Of a stretch of DNA of 64,000 nt, positions 49,206 through 59,735 are shown in pieces. The stretch is from Longimicrobiales bacterium. Its GTDB lineage: Bacteria > Gemmatimonadota > Gemmatimonadetes > Longimicrobiales > Gaopeijiaceae. Within the stretch, counting starts at the first letter, position 1. Each line of letters opens with the position of its first letter. The stretch spans positions 2,272,001-2,336,000 of the forward strand of contig CBDFMQ010000002.1 in assembly GCA_965249725.1 (NCBI GenBank). The letters run 5' to 3'. Both the position numbers and the translations under genes were made by a program. Below the pieces are notes generated by a model that was given only the letters and a program-made list of their open reading frames with translations, searched no databases and was not told where the DNA came from.

Positions 49206-50130
49206 CCCGCCGCCTGGTGGTCGCGTGAGCCCGGGCACGGACGGCGGGGTGACCCCGACTCCGACCGCTAGTGAGTCCCCGGCGGTCGCCCTTCGATCGC
49301 TCGACACGCTGTGGTTCCAGGTGGGTGGTACGCTCTGCAACCTGACGTGCACGCACTGCTTCATCTCCTGCTCGCCTACGAACCACACCCATGAATTCCT
49401 GAGCCTGGAGACTGTCCGATCCTACCTCGACGAGGCGGTGCCGCTGGGTGTGAAGGAGTACTACTTCACGGGTGGAGAGCCCTTCATCAACCGCGATATG
49501 GAGGCCATCCTCGCCGAGACGCTCAAGGTCGGACCGGCCACGGTGCTGACGAACGGCCTACTCCTCGATCGTGACCGATGCGCTCGGTTGGCGAGGCTGG
49601 CCGAGGAGTCCGACTACTCGCTCGACCTTCGCATCTCGCTGGATGGGTACACCGCCGAGACCAACGACCCCATCCGGGGAGAAGGCACGTTCGAGCGGAT
49701 CCTCGACGGAGCACGCCGCGCGGCCGAGGCGGGGCTGAACCCGGTTCTCACCGTGACGGAGGTCCACGAGGGCAACGGGACCGACCAAGGTCGCACGAGG
49801 TTCCTGGAGCTGTTGACCGCGAGAGGGATTACTCCCCCGCGGTTGAAGGTTCTGCCGGTCTTCCAACTCGGTGCCGAAGCCGAGCGCTCGGGCTGCTACG
49901 AGAGTTGGCAGAGGCTCTCGGCAACGGACGCCCCCGAGGACGGATGGGATCACCTGCAATGTTCTTCTTCCCGCATGGTCACCGACCAGGGCGTCTGGGT
50001 GTGTCCGATCCTGGTCAACGAGCCAACAGGGCGCATGGGGGAGCGGCTCGCCGACACCTTTGGCGACTACCCACTCAGCCACCAGGCGTGCTGGACCTGC
50101 CATGTGTACGAGGTCAGCTGCAGGACATGA
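49183..50130 (+). CDS. Radical SAM protein with Cys-rich C-terminus (ArsS-related?)
   Basis: CNLTCTHC, FTGGEP, LTNG; QCSSSR...VCP...ACWTC...SC. Confidence 0.8.
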   Translation: MNRATAADPPPGGRVSPGTDGGVTPTPTASESPAVALRSLDTLWFQVGGTLCNLTCTHCFISCSPTNHTHEFLSLETVRSYLDEAVPLGVKEYYFTGGEPFINRDMEAILAETLKVGPATVLTNGLLLDRDRCARLARLAEESDYSLDLRISLDGYTAETNDPIRGEGTFERILDGARRAAEAGLNPVLTVTEVHEGNGTDQGRTRFLELLTARGITPPRLKVLPVFQLGAEAERSGCYESWQRLSATDAPEDGWDHLQCSSSRMVTDQGVWVCPILVNEPTGRMGERLADTFGDYPLSHQACWTCHVYEVSCRT

Positions 50131-51080
50131 GCAATCGTCACAAGGGCATGGCTACCTGGGGGGAGCGCCTGGTACCCCTCCCGGAGTTCCGAGCGGCGGC
50201 GGCCCAGTCGGGTCGACCTCTCTCCGAGATGGATCGACAGTCTGCGGTCGAGAAGTACTTGAGGCCGTTGAATGATGCGACTCCCGTCGAGGGTCCCTAC
50301 GACCGGATTGCCGTATTCGGAGGCGTCTACAACAACCGGTTCGGCCTCGAGGCCGTTCTCGACGACGCTCGCCGACGCGGGGCGGAGGAGTTGTACTGCC
50401 TTGGAGATCTGGGGGGGTTCGGTCCGAATCCGGAGGCGGTGTGGCCGCTCCTGGAGAGTGCCGGCGTCCGGGGGATCCAGGGGAACTACGAGCAGTCCTT
50501 GGCCTCGGACCGTGGGGACTGCAACTGCGGATACACGGACCCACGGGACAACCACTTTGCGGCTCTCTCGTATGGCTACACCGAGCGTCACTGCTCGTCG
50601 GGATATAGGGAGTACATGGACGGCCTCCCCTCCCGGCGCCGCGTCCGCGTCGGCGATCGGGAATTGCTCCTGGTCCACGGATCTCCGAGACGGGTCAACG
50701 AGTTCCTGTTCTCGTCCACCTCGTCCACGCCGTTCCTTGAGGTGTTGTGCGACGAAAACCGTTGCGACGGGATTCTGTGCACGCACACCGGTCTGCACTG
50801 GCACCGTCGTCTCCCGTCCGGTCGCGACGTGGTCAACGTTGGTGTCATCGGACGGCCGGCCAACGACGGCAAGACCAACGTGTGGTACACGATCATCTCG
50901 GCGACCGACAACGGGATCGACGTCGAATTGGTTCCGCTCGTATACGACCACGAGTCCTTGGCCGCCGAGATGCGCAGAGAAGACCTTCCCGAGGAGTTCG
51001 TCGAGACGATCCTCACCGGATGGTGGACGACGTGCCTGGAGATCCTCCCCGCCAAGGAGCGGGCGGCCTCGCGGTTCTAG
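50127..51080 (+). CDS. Calcineurin-like metallophosphoesterase
   Basis: CLGDL, QGNYE, VHGSP, CTHTG, VNVG; CNC motif; ATGA coupling. Confidence 0.8.
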   Translation: MSNRHKGMATWGERLVPLPEFRAAAAQSGRPLSEMDRQSAVEKYLRPLNDATPVEGPYDRIAVFGGVYNNRFGLEAVLDDARRRGAEELYCLGDLGGFGPNPEAVWPLLESAGVRGIQGNYEQSLASDRGDCNCGYTDPRDNHFAALSYGYTERHCSSGYREYMDGLPSRRRVRVGDRELLLVHGSPRRVNEFLFSSTSSTPFLEVLCDENRCDGILCTHTGLHWHRRLPSGRDVVNVGVIGRPANDGKTNVWYTIISATDNGIDVELVPLVYDHESLAAEMRREDLPEEFVETILTGWWTTCLEILPAKERAASRF

Positions 51081-51091
51081 GGCACACAACG

Positions 51092-52321
51092 ATGACGAAG
51101 CCCCAACCTCGCATCGCTATTGTCGGCGCCGGCCCCGTAGGGCTCGAAGCTGCGCTCGCCGCGGCGGAAGCGGGCTACCCGTTCAATGTGTACGAAGCGG
51201 CACCCGGAGCTGCGGGACATGTCCGCGAATGGGGCCACGTAAGGCTCTTCACTCCCTGGGAACTCAACGTCTCCGCGCGGATGAGGCGGGCTCTCGAACA
51301 AGCCGGCACAGAGGTGCCCGCGGGAGCTGCGTGCCCCTCTGGGACCGAACTGGTGGAGAACGTGCTCGCGCCGGTCAGTGCCCTTCCCTTGTTGGCCGAA
51401 CACATCCACTACGGGGTTCGAGTTCACCGCCTCGGGCGCACCGGACTTCTCAAGCACGAGGAGATCGGCACAGGTCGACGAGCCCAGCACGCCTTCCGAC
51501 TTCTGCTCCGGGACGATTCAGGTCGTGAGTGGACCGAGGAAGCCGATGTGGTTCTCGACTGCAGCGGAAACCCCGAGCCGAACGCTCTGGGCGACGGCGG
51601 CATTCCCGCGCCAGGAGAGGCGCTAGCATCTCAGATCATCAGCCACGACATGCCGGATGTGTCGGATGCCCCAGAGGCTTGGGCCGACCGCACCACGCTA
51701 GTTGTGGGCGGAGGACACTCCGCGACCACGGCCGTGGCGGAGCTCGTCGAGCTCGCCGGCGAACGGACGGGGATCGAGGTCATCTGGGCTCTGCGGGACG
51801 CGACCCCGTCTTCGGATCCTGACGATCCGCTGACCCAACGCGCTGCCCTCTTGGACAAGGCCGCTGAGCTATCCGCCGATCCACCATCCTCCCTCCGCGT
51901 GCTCGTGGGGGTCGTTGTGGACGCCCTGACGCTCCAAGGCGGCGACAACGCGGAATCGGCGACCCCTCATCGAGCCCGGGTCGATCTCCGTCACAAGGAC
52001 GGAACGGTGGAGGCCGTGGAAGCCGACCGTATCTTGGCACTCACCGGGAAGGTCGGGGACCACATGCTCTACCGGCAGCTCCAGGTGCACGAGTGCTGGG
52101 CGACGCAGGGTCCCATGAAGCTCGCTGCGGCACTACTCGCGCAGAGTGGCGATAGCGGTGACTGCCTCGACCAGACCGGTCTCGGTGCGGCGACACTCGT
52201 CAACCCAGAGCCGGGCCTGTTCATTCTGGGAATCAAGTCCTACGGACGACGGAGCGACTTCCTCATGCGGGTAGGTTGGGAGCAGGTGGACGAGGTCTTC
52301 GGATTGCTGGCCGAGGGCTAG
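51092..52321 (+). CDS. FAD-dependent oxidoreductase
   Basis: GAGPVG, WGHVRLFTPW, GGGHSA, G.KSYGR. Confidence 0.8.
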   Translation: MTKPQPRIAIVGAGPVGLEAALAAAEAGYPFNVYEAAPGAAGHVREWGHVRLFTPWELNVSARMRRALEQAGTEVPAGAACPSGTELVENVLAPVSALPLLAEHIHYGVRVHRLGRTGLLKHEEIGTGRRAQHAFRLLLRDDSGREWTEEADVVLDCSGNPEPNALGDGGIPAPGEALASQIISHDMPDVSDAPEAWADRTTLVVGGGHSATTAVAELVELAGERTGIEVIWALRDATPSSDPDDPLTQRAALLDKAAELSADPPSSLRVLVGVVVDALTLQGGDNAESATPHRARVDLRHKDGTVEAVEADRILALTGKVGDHMLYRQLQVHECWATQGPMKLAAALLAQSGDSGDCLDQTGLGAATLVNPEPGLFILGIKSYGRRSDFLMRVGWEQVDEVFGLLAEG

Positions 52322-52327
52322 TAGCAC

Positions 52328-52361
52328 AAAACGGCCCGCCCCACCAAAGGGACGGGCCGTC
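52328..52361. terminator. Hairpin terminator between convergent genes
   Basis: AAAACGGCCCG...CGGGCCGT. Confidence 0.65.
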
Positions 52362-52379
52362 TGCATTCCCAGGCTGAGA

Positions 52380-55300
52380 TCAGCTTCCCGTCTGGATGAC
52401 CAGTCGAGGGGCGAAGCTGAAGTCGCCCACGGCGCCTGCACCTTCCTTCGAGAAGAACACGATGCTTCCGTCCTTCTGACCGGCCACCTCGAGCACCCAC
52501 CGGGTGCGACCCTTCTTCAGGTCCTTGGTGACGTCGAAGCTCACCGTACCCGTCAGGTCGTTCATGATCTTCACACGATCGGTCCTCTTACCGCGCTTCT
52601 TGGCACCTTGCCATCTGTCCTTCTTGGCGCAGTCGCCCTTGTTGTTCGAGATGTCCTGGTCGGCAGAGCATCGCCACGTGGCGCCCGCATCGGTGCCCCT
52701 GAACTGCTCTGCTTCGGGGCCCGTGTTGATGCCATTGCCCTCGACGAAGTCGCTCTTCAGGTGATGGATGTCCGCTTTGACACCCTTGTTCTTCCAGCCA
52801 GTCGATCCATAGGTGGGATCGATCGTGAAGACGACCTGGGCTCCGGTCACCGTCGAGAAGTCGAGGTCAGCGACATCGAAGGCCACCAATACGTCCTGGT
52901 CCTTCTGAAGCTCCAGGCGTGGGTTGGCACCCTCGTTGGTGTGGCGATTGTCTGGGGCCTGAACCGTCTTCCCCTTCTTGTTGCTCTTTTTGCTCTTGTT
53001 GCTCTTCTTGCTGCCCCCGCTCTTCGCGCTCTTCCCGCTCTTTCCACTCTTCCCGCTCTTCCCGCTCTTGGCGCTCTTGTCGCTCTTTCCGCTCTTGTCC
53101 TTGCGCAGGAAGGTGTCCTTTACGCCGATGTCCACGGGCGGCGGTGGGTCGTCACTCGGCTCGACGAAGGTGTCGAGGCCGTTGAGTCCACCCGTGATGC
53201 TCGCGTCGAGAGTGAGGTTCTGAATGCGCACCTCACCGCTGGACGGGTTGATGCGGTATACCTCTTGGAGGCCGCGCCCACGAGTGGCATAGAACCGCCC
53301 GTCCGGGAGAATGCCCAACCCGTCGAAACCGAAGTCGAGAACCTGCCCATTCAAGCGGAGTTGGACGTGGGCAGACCCCGCCCCGGTCACCGGGTCGATC
53401 TTGAAGATCCGCGGGAACTGATCGTTGCTCTCGATCCCCCAGAGCTGGCCCGTCTCCGGGTCCAAGGAGAGTCCACCGTTGCCGACCACCAGGTTGTCGA
53501 AGGTCCCGAACGTGCCCTTCCGAGCGGCCAAGCCCGTAGCCAGATCGATCTTGACCAAACCACCATCTCTGATCACACGCTCGTTGATGAACTCGCTGCC
53601 CAGCAGCAAGCCGTCGGTGCCGAACTGCAGATCGGACAGATACTGGATGCCCGTGTTGCCGATGTGAGCGGTGATCTGGCCTGTGCCGGAATCCAGCTGG
53701 TACACGTGGGCACACTTGCCCTTGTTCGCTCCGTAGTTCGGCTCACTCGGATCTGGGAAGACCCCGTCGTCACATCCATCGGTCAGGTTCCCGTCCCGGT
53801 ACCGGGCGCTCGCGAACAGCCGTCCGTCCGCCGAAAATGCGAGCCCGGTCCAACCTATGCCCGTCCCACTGCCGCCCCCTGCACCACCGCCGGCCCCGCC
53901 ACTACCGTCACCGCCGCCACCGCCGCCACCGCCGCCACCGCCGACGGTAGCCGTCCCGATGAACGTACCGGTCCCGGCGCCCAGGTCGATCACCAGCAGC
54001 TCGCCGGCATTCGTTACCGCATAGAATTCGCCACCGGCCTGGGCGGGAACACCGCTCGGTACGCTGAAGGTCGCCGCACTCTCACCGACGTCGTCGCCCA
54101 TCTGGAGATTCACCGCGACGGGGGCGCCGATCAGGTTGTTGAGCGTGAGCCCCATCCCTTCTAGATGGAGGGTGCCGCCATCCTCGTCGACGGCCACTAC
54201 CGTGAGGCCGGGTCCTGGCGAGGTGTACTCGAATCCCCCAGCCACTGTGATGAAGGACCCCCCCGGGAGGGTGAAGACGAGGTCGCCCATGTTCATGACG
54301 AAGGCCTCGTTGGGGAGGTCCAGTCCGTTGTTGCCGGCTCCCATCGCGAAGGTCGCGTCCATCACGAAGTCGTCACCGCCCGGATCGCCGGTCGGATCGA
54401 AGTTCACGGTGGCGCTGGTCACCGAAAGCGTCAGGGCCCTCGGAGCCGTTGTTGTTTCGAGCCCGTTGGGGATCCCCTGGAGACCAGCCGGAATCGTGAG
54501 GCTGACCTGCGTCGCCTCACCCGTCGACGGGTTGATCTCGAAGAGCTGGAACGGGGTCCCCCCTCCACCTTGATTCGGTCCGCGGCTAGCGAACATCCGA
54601 CCGTCGGGCATGATCTCGAGCCCGTCGAACCCGTGAACAGCATTCGCACCGCCGATGGTCACCACGATCGCGGGCGAGTTTATGGCTCCCGTACTACCGT
54701 CAATCGTAAACAGCCGCGGTCCCTGCGGTCCGGTGGTGTCCCAGTGGAAGTTGTTCTCGATGCCCCAGATGACACCCGTGTTGGGATCCACGGACAAACC
54801 ACCGTTGATCAGTTCGAAGCCACCGTCGTAAGCGCCCGTCGTACCGGTGCTGAAATAGCCGATGGGGACGGCGGGCGATGTCGGTACTAAGGTGGCGTCG
54901 ACGGCGACGAGCAGCCCTACTGAGTTCTGCACATCGAGCATGCTACCATACACGGTTCCCGGAAGCGGGCCGGGGCCATCGATGTCCGAGACGTTCGCCT
55001 GCCCCACCGACCCTCGATCGGCGGTGACCAGGCCTGTGCTCGGATCGACGTTATAGAGGTGCGTGCAAGCTGCCCCTGAACCGCTCGCCGGGAAGCAACC
55101 GTCGAGACGAGGGTCATCCTTGGTTCGGCTGGTAGTGAAGACCGTCCCCGAGGCGTCCTTGGTGATCCCGGTCCATCCTGGCTTGATTGACGGAGTGCCG
55201 AACGCCTGGGATTGGCCGATCTGCCGGACAGATCCCGCATCGACGTCGATCTCGAGGAGCTTACCGGAATTGGTCGTCGCTAGCAGGACATATGCGTCAC

Positions 55301-55448
55301 CCACTGCGAACGCGGTGCCGTCGAACATCTGATATGGAAGCTCGGCCTTCGCGGGCCGTAGATCGGTCGGTGTCTCAGTTGGGGAGTCGTAACAGCCGGT
55401 GAGGGTCACCGCCGTCAGCGACAACAGAATGAGTCTCTTCACGGTCAT
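52380..55448 (-). CDS. Large lipoprotein: two propeller-like repeats, Gly linker, KSx-repeat tract
   Basis: LTGC lipobox; duplicated GWTG...GGLS.DP.TG..WGIE...GFDGL.I.PDGR; KSGKSDKSAKSGKSGKSG. Confidence 0.8.
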   Translation of the reverse strand: MTVKRLILLSLTAVTLTGCYDSPTETPTDLRPAKAELPYQMFDGTAFAVGDAYVLLATTNSGKLLEIDVDAGSVRQIGQSQAFGTPSIKPGWTGITKDASGTVFTTSRTKDDPRLDGCFPASGSGAACTHLYNVDPSTGLVTADRGSVGQANVSDIDGPGPLPGTVYGSMLDVQNSVGLLVAVDATLVPTSPAVPIGYFSTGTTGAYDGGFELINGGLSVDPNTGVIWGIENNFHWDTTGPQGPRLFTIDGSTGAINSPAIVVTIGGANAVHGFDGLEIMPDGRMFASRGPNQGGGGTPFQLFEINPSTGEATQVSLTIPAGLQGIPNGLETTTAPRALTLSVTSATVNFDPTGDPGGDDFVMDATFAMGAGNNGLDLPNEAFVMNMGDLVFTLPGGSFITVAGGFEYTSPGPGLTVVAVDEDGGTLHLEGMGLTLNNLIGAPVAVNLQMGDDVGESAATFSVPSGVPAQAGGEFYAVTNAGELLVIDLGAGTGTFIGTATVGGGGGGGGGGGDGSGGAGGGAGGGSGTGIGWTGLAFSADGRLFASARYRDGNLTDGCDDGVFPDPSEPNYGANKGKCAHVYQLDSGTGQITAHIGNTGIQYLSDLQFGTDGLLLGSEFINERVIRDGGLVKIDLATGLAARKGTFGTFDNLVVGNGGLSLDPETGQLWGIESNDQFPRIFKIDPVTGAGSAHVQLRLNGQVLDFGFDGLGILPDGRFYATRGRGLQEVYRINPSSGEVRIQNLTLDASITGGLNGLDTFVEPSDDPPPPVDIGVKDTFLRKDKSGKSDKSAKSGKSGKSGKSGKSAKSGGSKKSNKSKKSNKKGKTVQAPDNRHTNEGANPRLELQKDQDVLVAFDVADLDFSTVTGAQVVFTIDPTYGSTGWKNKGVKADIHHLKSDFVEGNGINTGPEAEQFRGTDAGATWRCSADQDISNNKGDCAKKDRWQGAKKRGKRTDRVKIMNDLTGTVSFDVTKDLKKGRTRWVLEVAGQKDGSIVFFSKEGAGAVGDFSFAPRLVIQTGS

Positions 55449-55724
55449 GCATTTCGCATCCCAAACGTACAGCGGGTAGATCCTCGGACACCGATCGAGG
55501 AGGAGTCCTGGGGGGACTAAAGGTTACATATCAACGTTGGGCACAAATAGGGTCAAAAGGCAACAGGGAGATATCGCCCGATAACACCGACAAATGCGGC
55601 TATTGCGGGTCGGCCCCTACGACTGGTAGCGTTAGAATCGGGAGTGTGCCTCCGCTCCCTTGGTTGGCGACGTGCGTCGACCCATGAAGATGAGCTTCAC
55701 CCTCTGACCTCCGAAGGAGGCGAC

Positions 55725-57144
55725 ATGCCCCGGAAGTATCGTCTGCAAGCCGTTTCTGCTTTGTTCGCACTGGCTGTATTGGGATGTGAGCAGGGCGTTA
55801 CTGATGTCGTCGGTCCGCCGACGAAGGATATAGCGAGTAGTCCGGCCGCCGTGCCGTTCAGTGGGACCGCCGAGATCGTTTCCGCAGTCACGGTGACGGC
55901 CGCGCCGACATTCTCGCGTGCCTGGAGTTGGACCATCGACAAAACGGTGGACCCGACCAGCACGACGATCTCGGCCGGGGAGAGCGTGTCCCTTGCCTAT
56001 GCGGTCGACCTCGACGCCGCATCGGTGGATAGCGATTGGGCCGTGAGCGGAGACATTTCTTTCGTAGTCCTGCCCCCCGCTTCGATCACGGATATCACCG
56101 TGTCGGTTGGTGGTACGCCTGTGGTGCCGACATGCAGTACGCCTGTGTTCACCCCCGGTGGCCCCCCCTTCCTCGTGTTGCCTCCGAGTCCTCCGGTGCT
56201 GTTCACGTGCTCGTACGCCGCTAGCCTCGGCAGCGGCTCCCCACTGTCGGTGGATGTGGTAGTGGTGGACGGCTTTGGACCACCTGGATTGGGGTCGGTG
56301 GGCGTCGACTTCGACGTGGCCACCACCGAAGTCGATGCCTGCGTCGACGTCACCGACAGCGAGACGGGCTCTCTCGGCACCTCTTGTGCCGCCGACCCGC
56401 TTTCGCAGGTCTTCGGATACGGCGTGACCATGGGTCCCTTCGTGGAGTGCGGCGACCATGTGATCGACAACACTACCGTCGTTCGCGGCTCCGGCTCCGA
56501 GCACCGCCTCGGGCTCCGCCACGGCATCCGCGACCGTAACCGTCGATTGCACAACCGGCCCGATCGACGTCATCGTCGACATCAAGCCGGGCAGCGATCG
56601 AAACCCGATCAACCTCGGCCGCGGCGACAAGAGCGCCAAGTCCGACAAGAGTGAGAAGTCGGAGAAGAGCGCCAAGAGCAAGAAGTCGAAGAAGAGCAAG
56701 AAGGCCAAGGCGACCCGAGGCAGGGGACCGAAGAGTGGCAAGAGCGCTAAGAGCGGCAAGAGCGCCAAGAGTGGCAAGAGCGCCAAGAGTGGGAAGAGCG
56801 CCAAGCGCGGTCGTCGCAACGCCAACCTCCCGGTCGCCATTCTCACGGCCGACGGCTTCGATGCGGCTGACATCGACGTTGGCTCCGTGACCTTGGGTGA
56901 GAGCATGACGGTCGGCGTTACGGTCAAGAAGAACGGCACTCTGCGGGCCGCCCTCAAAGACGTAGACAACGACGGGGATCTCGACCTGGTGATGCACTTC
57001 CGCATCCCCGCCCTCGTCGCCAGCGGAGATCACGACGAATTCACCACCGAGCTCTGCGTAAACGGGTCGACCACTGGCGGTGACGAGATCACAGGCTGCG
57101 ACTTCGTGACGATCGTCGGTGGCGGCGGCGGCGGGCCAGTGTAG
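55725..57144 (+). pseudogene. Lipoprotein with KSx-repeat C-terminal domain, 1-nt frameshift near 56512
   Basis: AAGGAGG RBS, VLGC lipobox; CTCGGGCTCC has one extra G, after which SATASATVTV...DIKPG...KSAKSDKSE... reads through to 57144. Confidence 0.75.
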
Positions 57145-57171
57145 TCCCCGACCGCTCAAGCCCCCCCCAGA

Positions 57172-57211
57172 TCGGGGCGGTCTCCCCACCGGGAGGCCGC
57201 CCCGTTTTCTT
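57172..57211 (+). terminator. Intrinsic terminator
   Basis: CGGGGCGGTCTCCC...GGGAGGCCGCCCCG-TTTTCTT. Confidence 0.8.
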
Positions 57212-57557
57212 GTACCGCCACCCGGGGCGCTCGGTGACGGTTCAGTTTTCCACAATGCCCTCCCATTCAGGACACTCTTTGCCAGCGGACCGCACATTCT
57301 GCTAGCGGAAGCCGGCTTTCCACAGTGGGACATCAAGCCCCAAATCATCTCGGAAGGCATGCGCTGCAACGGTTTTCAGCCCCGAAGACCGCTTCTGCAC
57401 GCCGTCGGCACCCCGTTTGCACCAATCGGTGCCCTAGACGGCGCAAAACCCCAGGCAAATGACCCGGGAGTCTGCCTCTACTCCCCTCACAGTCGGCCCG
57501 AACCCAGATAGCGCGCCCCATGGACCGACCCTCGAAGAAAGCTCCAGGAGACATCAG

Positions 57558-59045
57558 ATGCTCCGAAAGCAGACTCTCTTAGTCGTGACGCTCGTACTGG
57601 CATTGACCCCGCTCGGTTGCGAGCTGTCCCTCACGGCTCCCGACATCGTGCCTGATCTACCCGACGCCAGAGACGCCAAGGACGCGTTGGCCATCGAGCA
57701 GATGGCACCTCTGGCGGCCGCCACAGTGCAGGGTCCGACCTGCGTAGCACCGGGATCGGCCATCTCGTGGTGGCCGGGGGAGGACACATACGACGACGTA
57801 GCCGGCACGAACCCGATCGTTCGCAATAGCGGCGTCGTGTTCGAGCCCGGCGTGGTGGGCCAGGGGTTCCGGTTCAACCAGGGCCTCGGTCAGCCGTTCC
57901 TGGAGATCGACGACTCGCCTAGCCTGCGGCCCGCGACCTTCACGATCGACTTCTGGGCGCAGCGTCTCAGCGCAGGCCAGAACAACGATGCGTTCGGCAA
58001 CATTCTCGTCGAGAAGGCGATCGATGATGCCAGCCTAGCCGGACTCGGGCTGTCGTACTTCGTCTCGTGGACCCAGGACGACCGAATCCAGGCGGGGGTG
58101 TTCTTCGAGGACGACGTTGCCGTCGACGTGCGGCTGGTCGGAACCTCGGTCCACCCGTTCGGCTCGGTCGTCCACATCGCCCTCTCGTTCGACGGCACGA
58201 CGGCGACGCTTTACGTGAACGGCACCGCAGAGGACACGTACGACGCCTCCGGGCGTCCGCCGGTGGCCTACGGTGCAGGGTCACTCGTGGTCGGAGCGAC
58301 CTACCTGGCCGCACGTAACGCGGGCTTCCCCAGATCACCCGACGGCATCGTCGACGAGTTGGAGATCTTCAACTTAGCGCTGGCGGCGCAGCAGATCCTG
58401 GACATCTACCAGACGAGCGGCGCGTGCAAGGTCGCGACGGAGCCCGAGCCGGAGCCCGAGCCTGAACCCGAGCCCGAGCCAGAGCCTGAACCCGAGCCCC
58501 CCTCGGACCTCGAGGTCGACGTAGACATCAAGCCGGGGCGCGACCGTAACGTGATCCGGGTCAAGTTCCCTCGGAAGTGGGGACACGACAAGAGCGCTAA
58601 GAGCGGCAAGAGTGATAAGAGCGGCAAGAGCGGCAAGAGTGATAAGAGCAGCAAGAGCGAGAAGAGCGTCCGCGGTCGCTGGCCCGGGCTCAATGTCACC
58701 GCAGCACTGCTCAGCAGCGACGGGTTCGACGCAGCAGGCGTAGACGTGGGGACCATCACACTGGGCGACGAAGTCGATCTCGACGTGGGCGTGACCATCA
58801 AGCCACGCAAGAAATGGCGCCGGAAGAAGAAGGACGATCGGCCGCCTCGCTTCCACGCGTCCCTCCGGGACGTGGACCGCGACGGCGATCGTGACCTGAT
58901 CGTACACTTCGGCCTGAACGCTCTGGTCCGCACCGGCGACCTGACCCCCGAAACGACGCAGCTCTGCCTCAATGGCGTGACGTCAGAGGGGGCTCAATTC
59001 CGTGGGTGTGACGAGGTCATCGTGAAGGCCAAGAGGCGGCGGTAG
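57558..59045 (+). CDS. LamG-domain lipoprotein with PE linker and KSx-repeat C-terminal domain
   Basis: PLGC lipobox; HIALSFDG....LYVNG, GIVDELEIFN.AL; (EP)n; DIKPG...KSAKSGKSD. Confidence 0.8.
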   Translation: MLRKQTLLVVTLVLALTPLGCELSLTAPDIVPDLPDARDAKDALAIEQMAPLAAATVQGPTCVAPGSAISWWPGEDTYDDVAGTNPIVRNSGVVFEPGVVGQGFRFNQGLGQPFLEIDDSPSLRPATFTIDFWAQRLSAGQNNDAFGNILVEKAIDDASLAGLGLSYFVSWTQDDRIQAGVFFEDDVAVDVRLVGTSVHPFGSVVHIALSFDGTTATLYVNGTAEDTYDASGRPPVAYGAGSLVVGATYLAARNAGFPRSPDGIVDELEIFNLALAAQQILDIYQTSGACKVATEPEPEPEPEPEPEPEPEPEPPSDLEVDVDIKPGRDRNVIRVKFPRKWGHDKSAKSGKSDKSGKSGKSDKSSKSEKSVRGRWPGLNVTAALLSSDGFDAAGVDVGTITLGDEVDLDVGVTIKPRKKWRRKKKDDRPPRFHASLRDVDRDGDRDLIVHFGLNALVRTGDLTPETTQLCLNGVTSEGAQFRGCDEVIVKAKRRR

Positions 59046-59079
59046 AACGGGGTGGTCTCCTACAGGGGGCCGCCCCGTT
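59046..59079. terminator. Hairpin between convergent genes
   Basis: AACGGGGTGGTCTCC...GGGGCCGCCCCGTT. Confidence 0.6.
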
Positions 59080-59734
59080 ACAGCTCCAGACCGTACTGGA
59101 GTCCCAGGAACGTCTGGCGGTGGTGCGGCGTGGAGCCCAGGCGATCCAATGCATCGCGATGTTCCTGGGTACCGTAGCCCGCGTTGTGCTCCCATCCATA
59201 TCCAGGGTACCGCTTGGCCAGGTTGGACATGAGGCGATCGCGGCAGACCTTGGCCACGATGGACGCGCAGGAAACGGAGTGCACCAACCCATCCCCACCG
59301 ACCACGGCGTCGTGCTTCCATCGCAATGACTTCATGGGAAGCCCGTCGACGACCACGTGATCGGGCGCTACGGCGAGCCGACGCAGGGCTCGGTTCATGG
59401 CCCAGGCCGTCGCCACAAGGATGTTCGCCCGATCGATCTCGCGAACGGAGGCGGCCCCCAGGGCGACCGCCTGAGCGCGCTCGAGGATCACTTCTACCAG
59501 CTCCTCGCGGGCCTTGGCGTCGAGTTCCTTGGAGTCCGTCGCACCCTCGACGACGGTGCCTTCCGACAAGATCACGGCGGCCGCGACGACGGGCCCGGCG
59601 AGCGGGCCCCGCCCGACCTCATCTACTCCCGCCACCCCGGAAAGACCGCGGCTCCAGAACCGCCTCTCGTAATCGAGGGGGTCCTGGAGCCGCTCGGTTC
59701 CAGAATCATCCGGCGACGTCGCCGGCGAGTCCAT
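59078..59734 (-). CDS. rnhB: Ribonuclease HII
   Basis: GVDEVGRGPLAGPV, DSK, ASIVAKV.RD. Confidence 0.95.
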   Translation of the reverse strand: MDSPATSPDDSGTERLQDPLDYERRFWSRGLSGVAGVDEVGRGPLAGPVVAAAVILSEGTVVEGATDSKELDAKAREELVEVILERAQAVALGAASVREIDRANILVATAWAMNRALRRLAVAPDHVVVDGLPMKSLRWKHDAVVGGDGLVHSVSCASIVAKVCRDRLMSNLAKRYPGYGWEHNAGYGTQEHRDALDRLGSTPHHRQTFLGLQYGLEL

Positions 59735-59735
59735 T

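Noticed and set aside
49578..51091. 500-aa and 524-aa ORF-track versions of the phosphoesterase and flavoprotein
   Set aside because: Their N-terminal extensions overlap upstream genes out of frame; starts at 50127 and 51092 fit the operon spacing.
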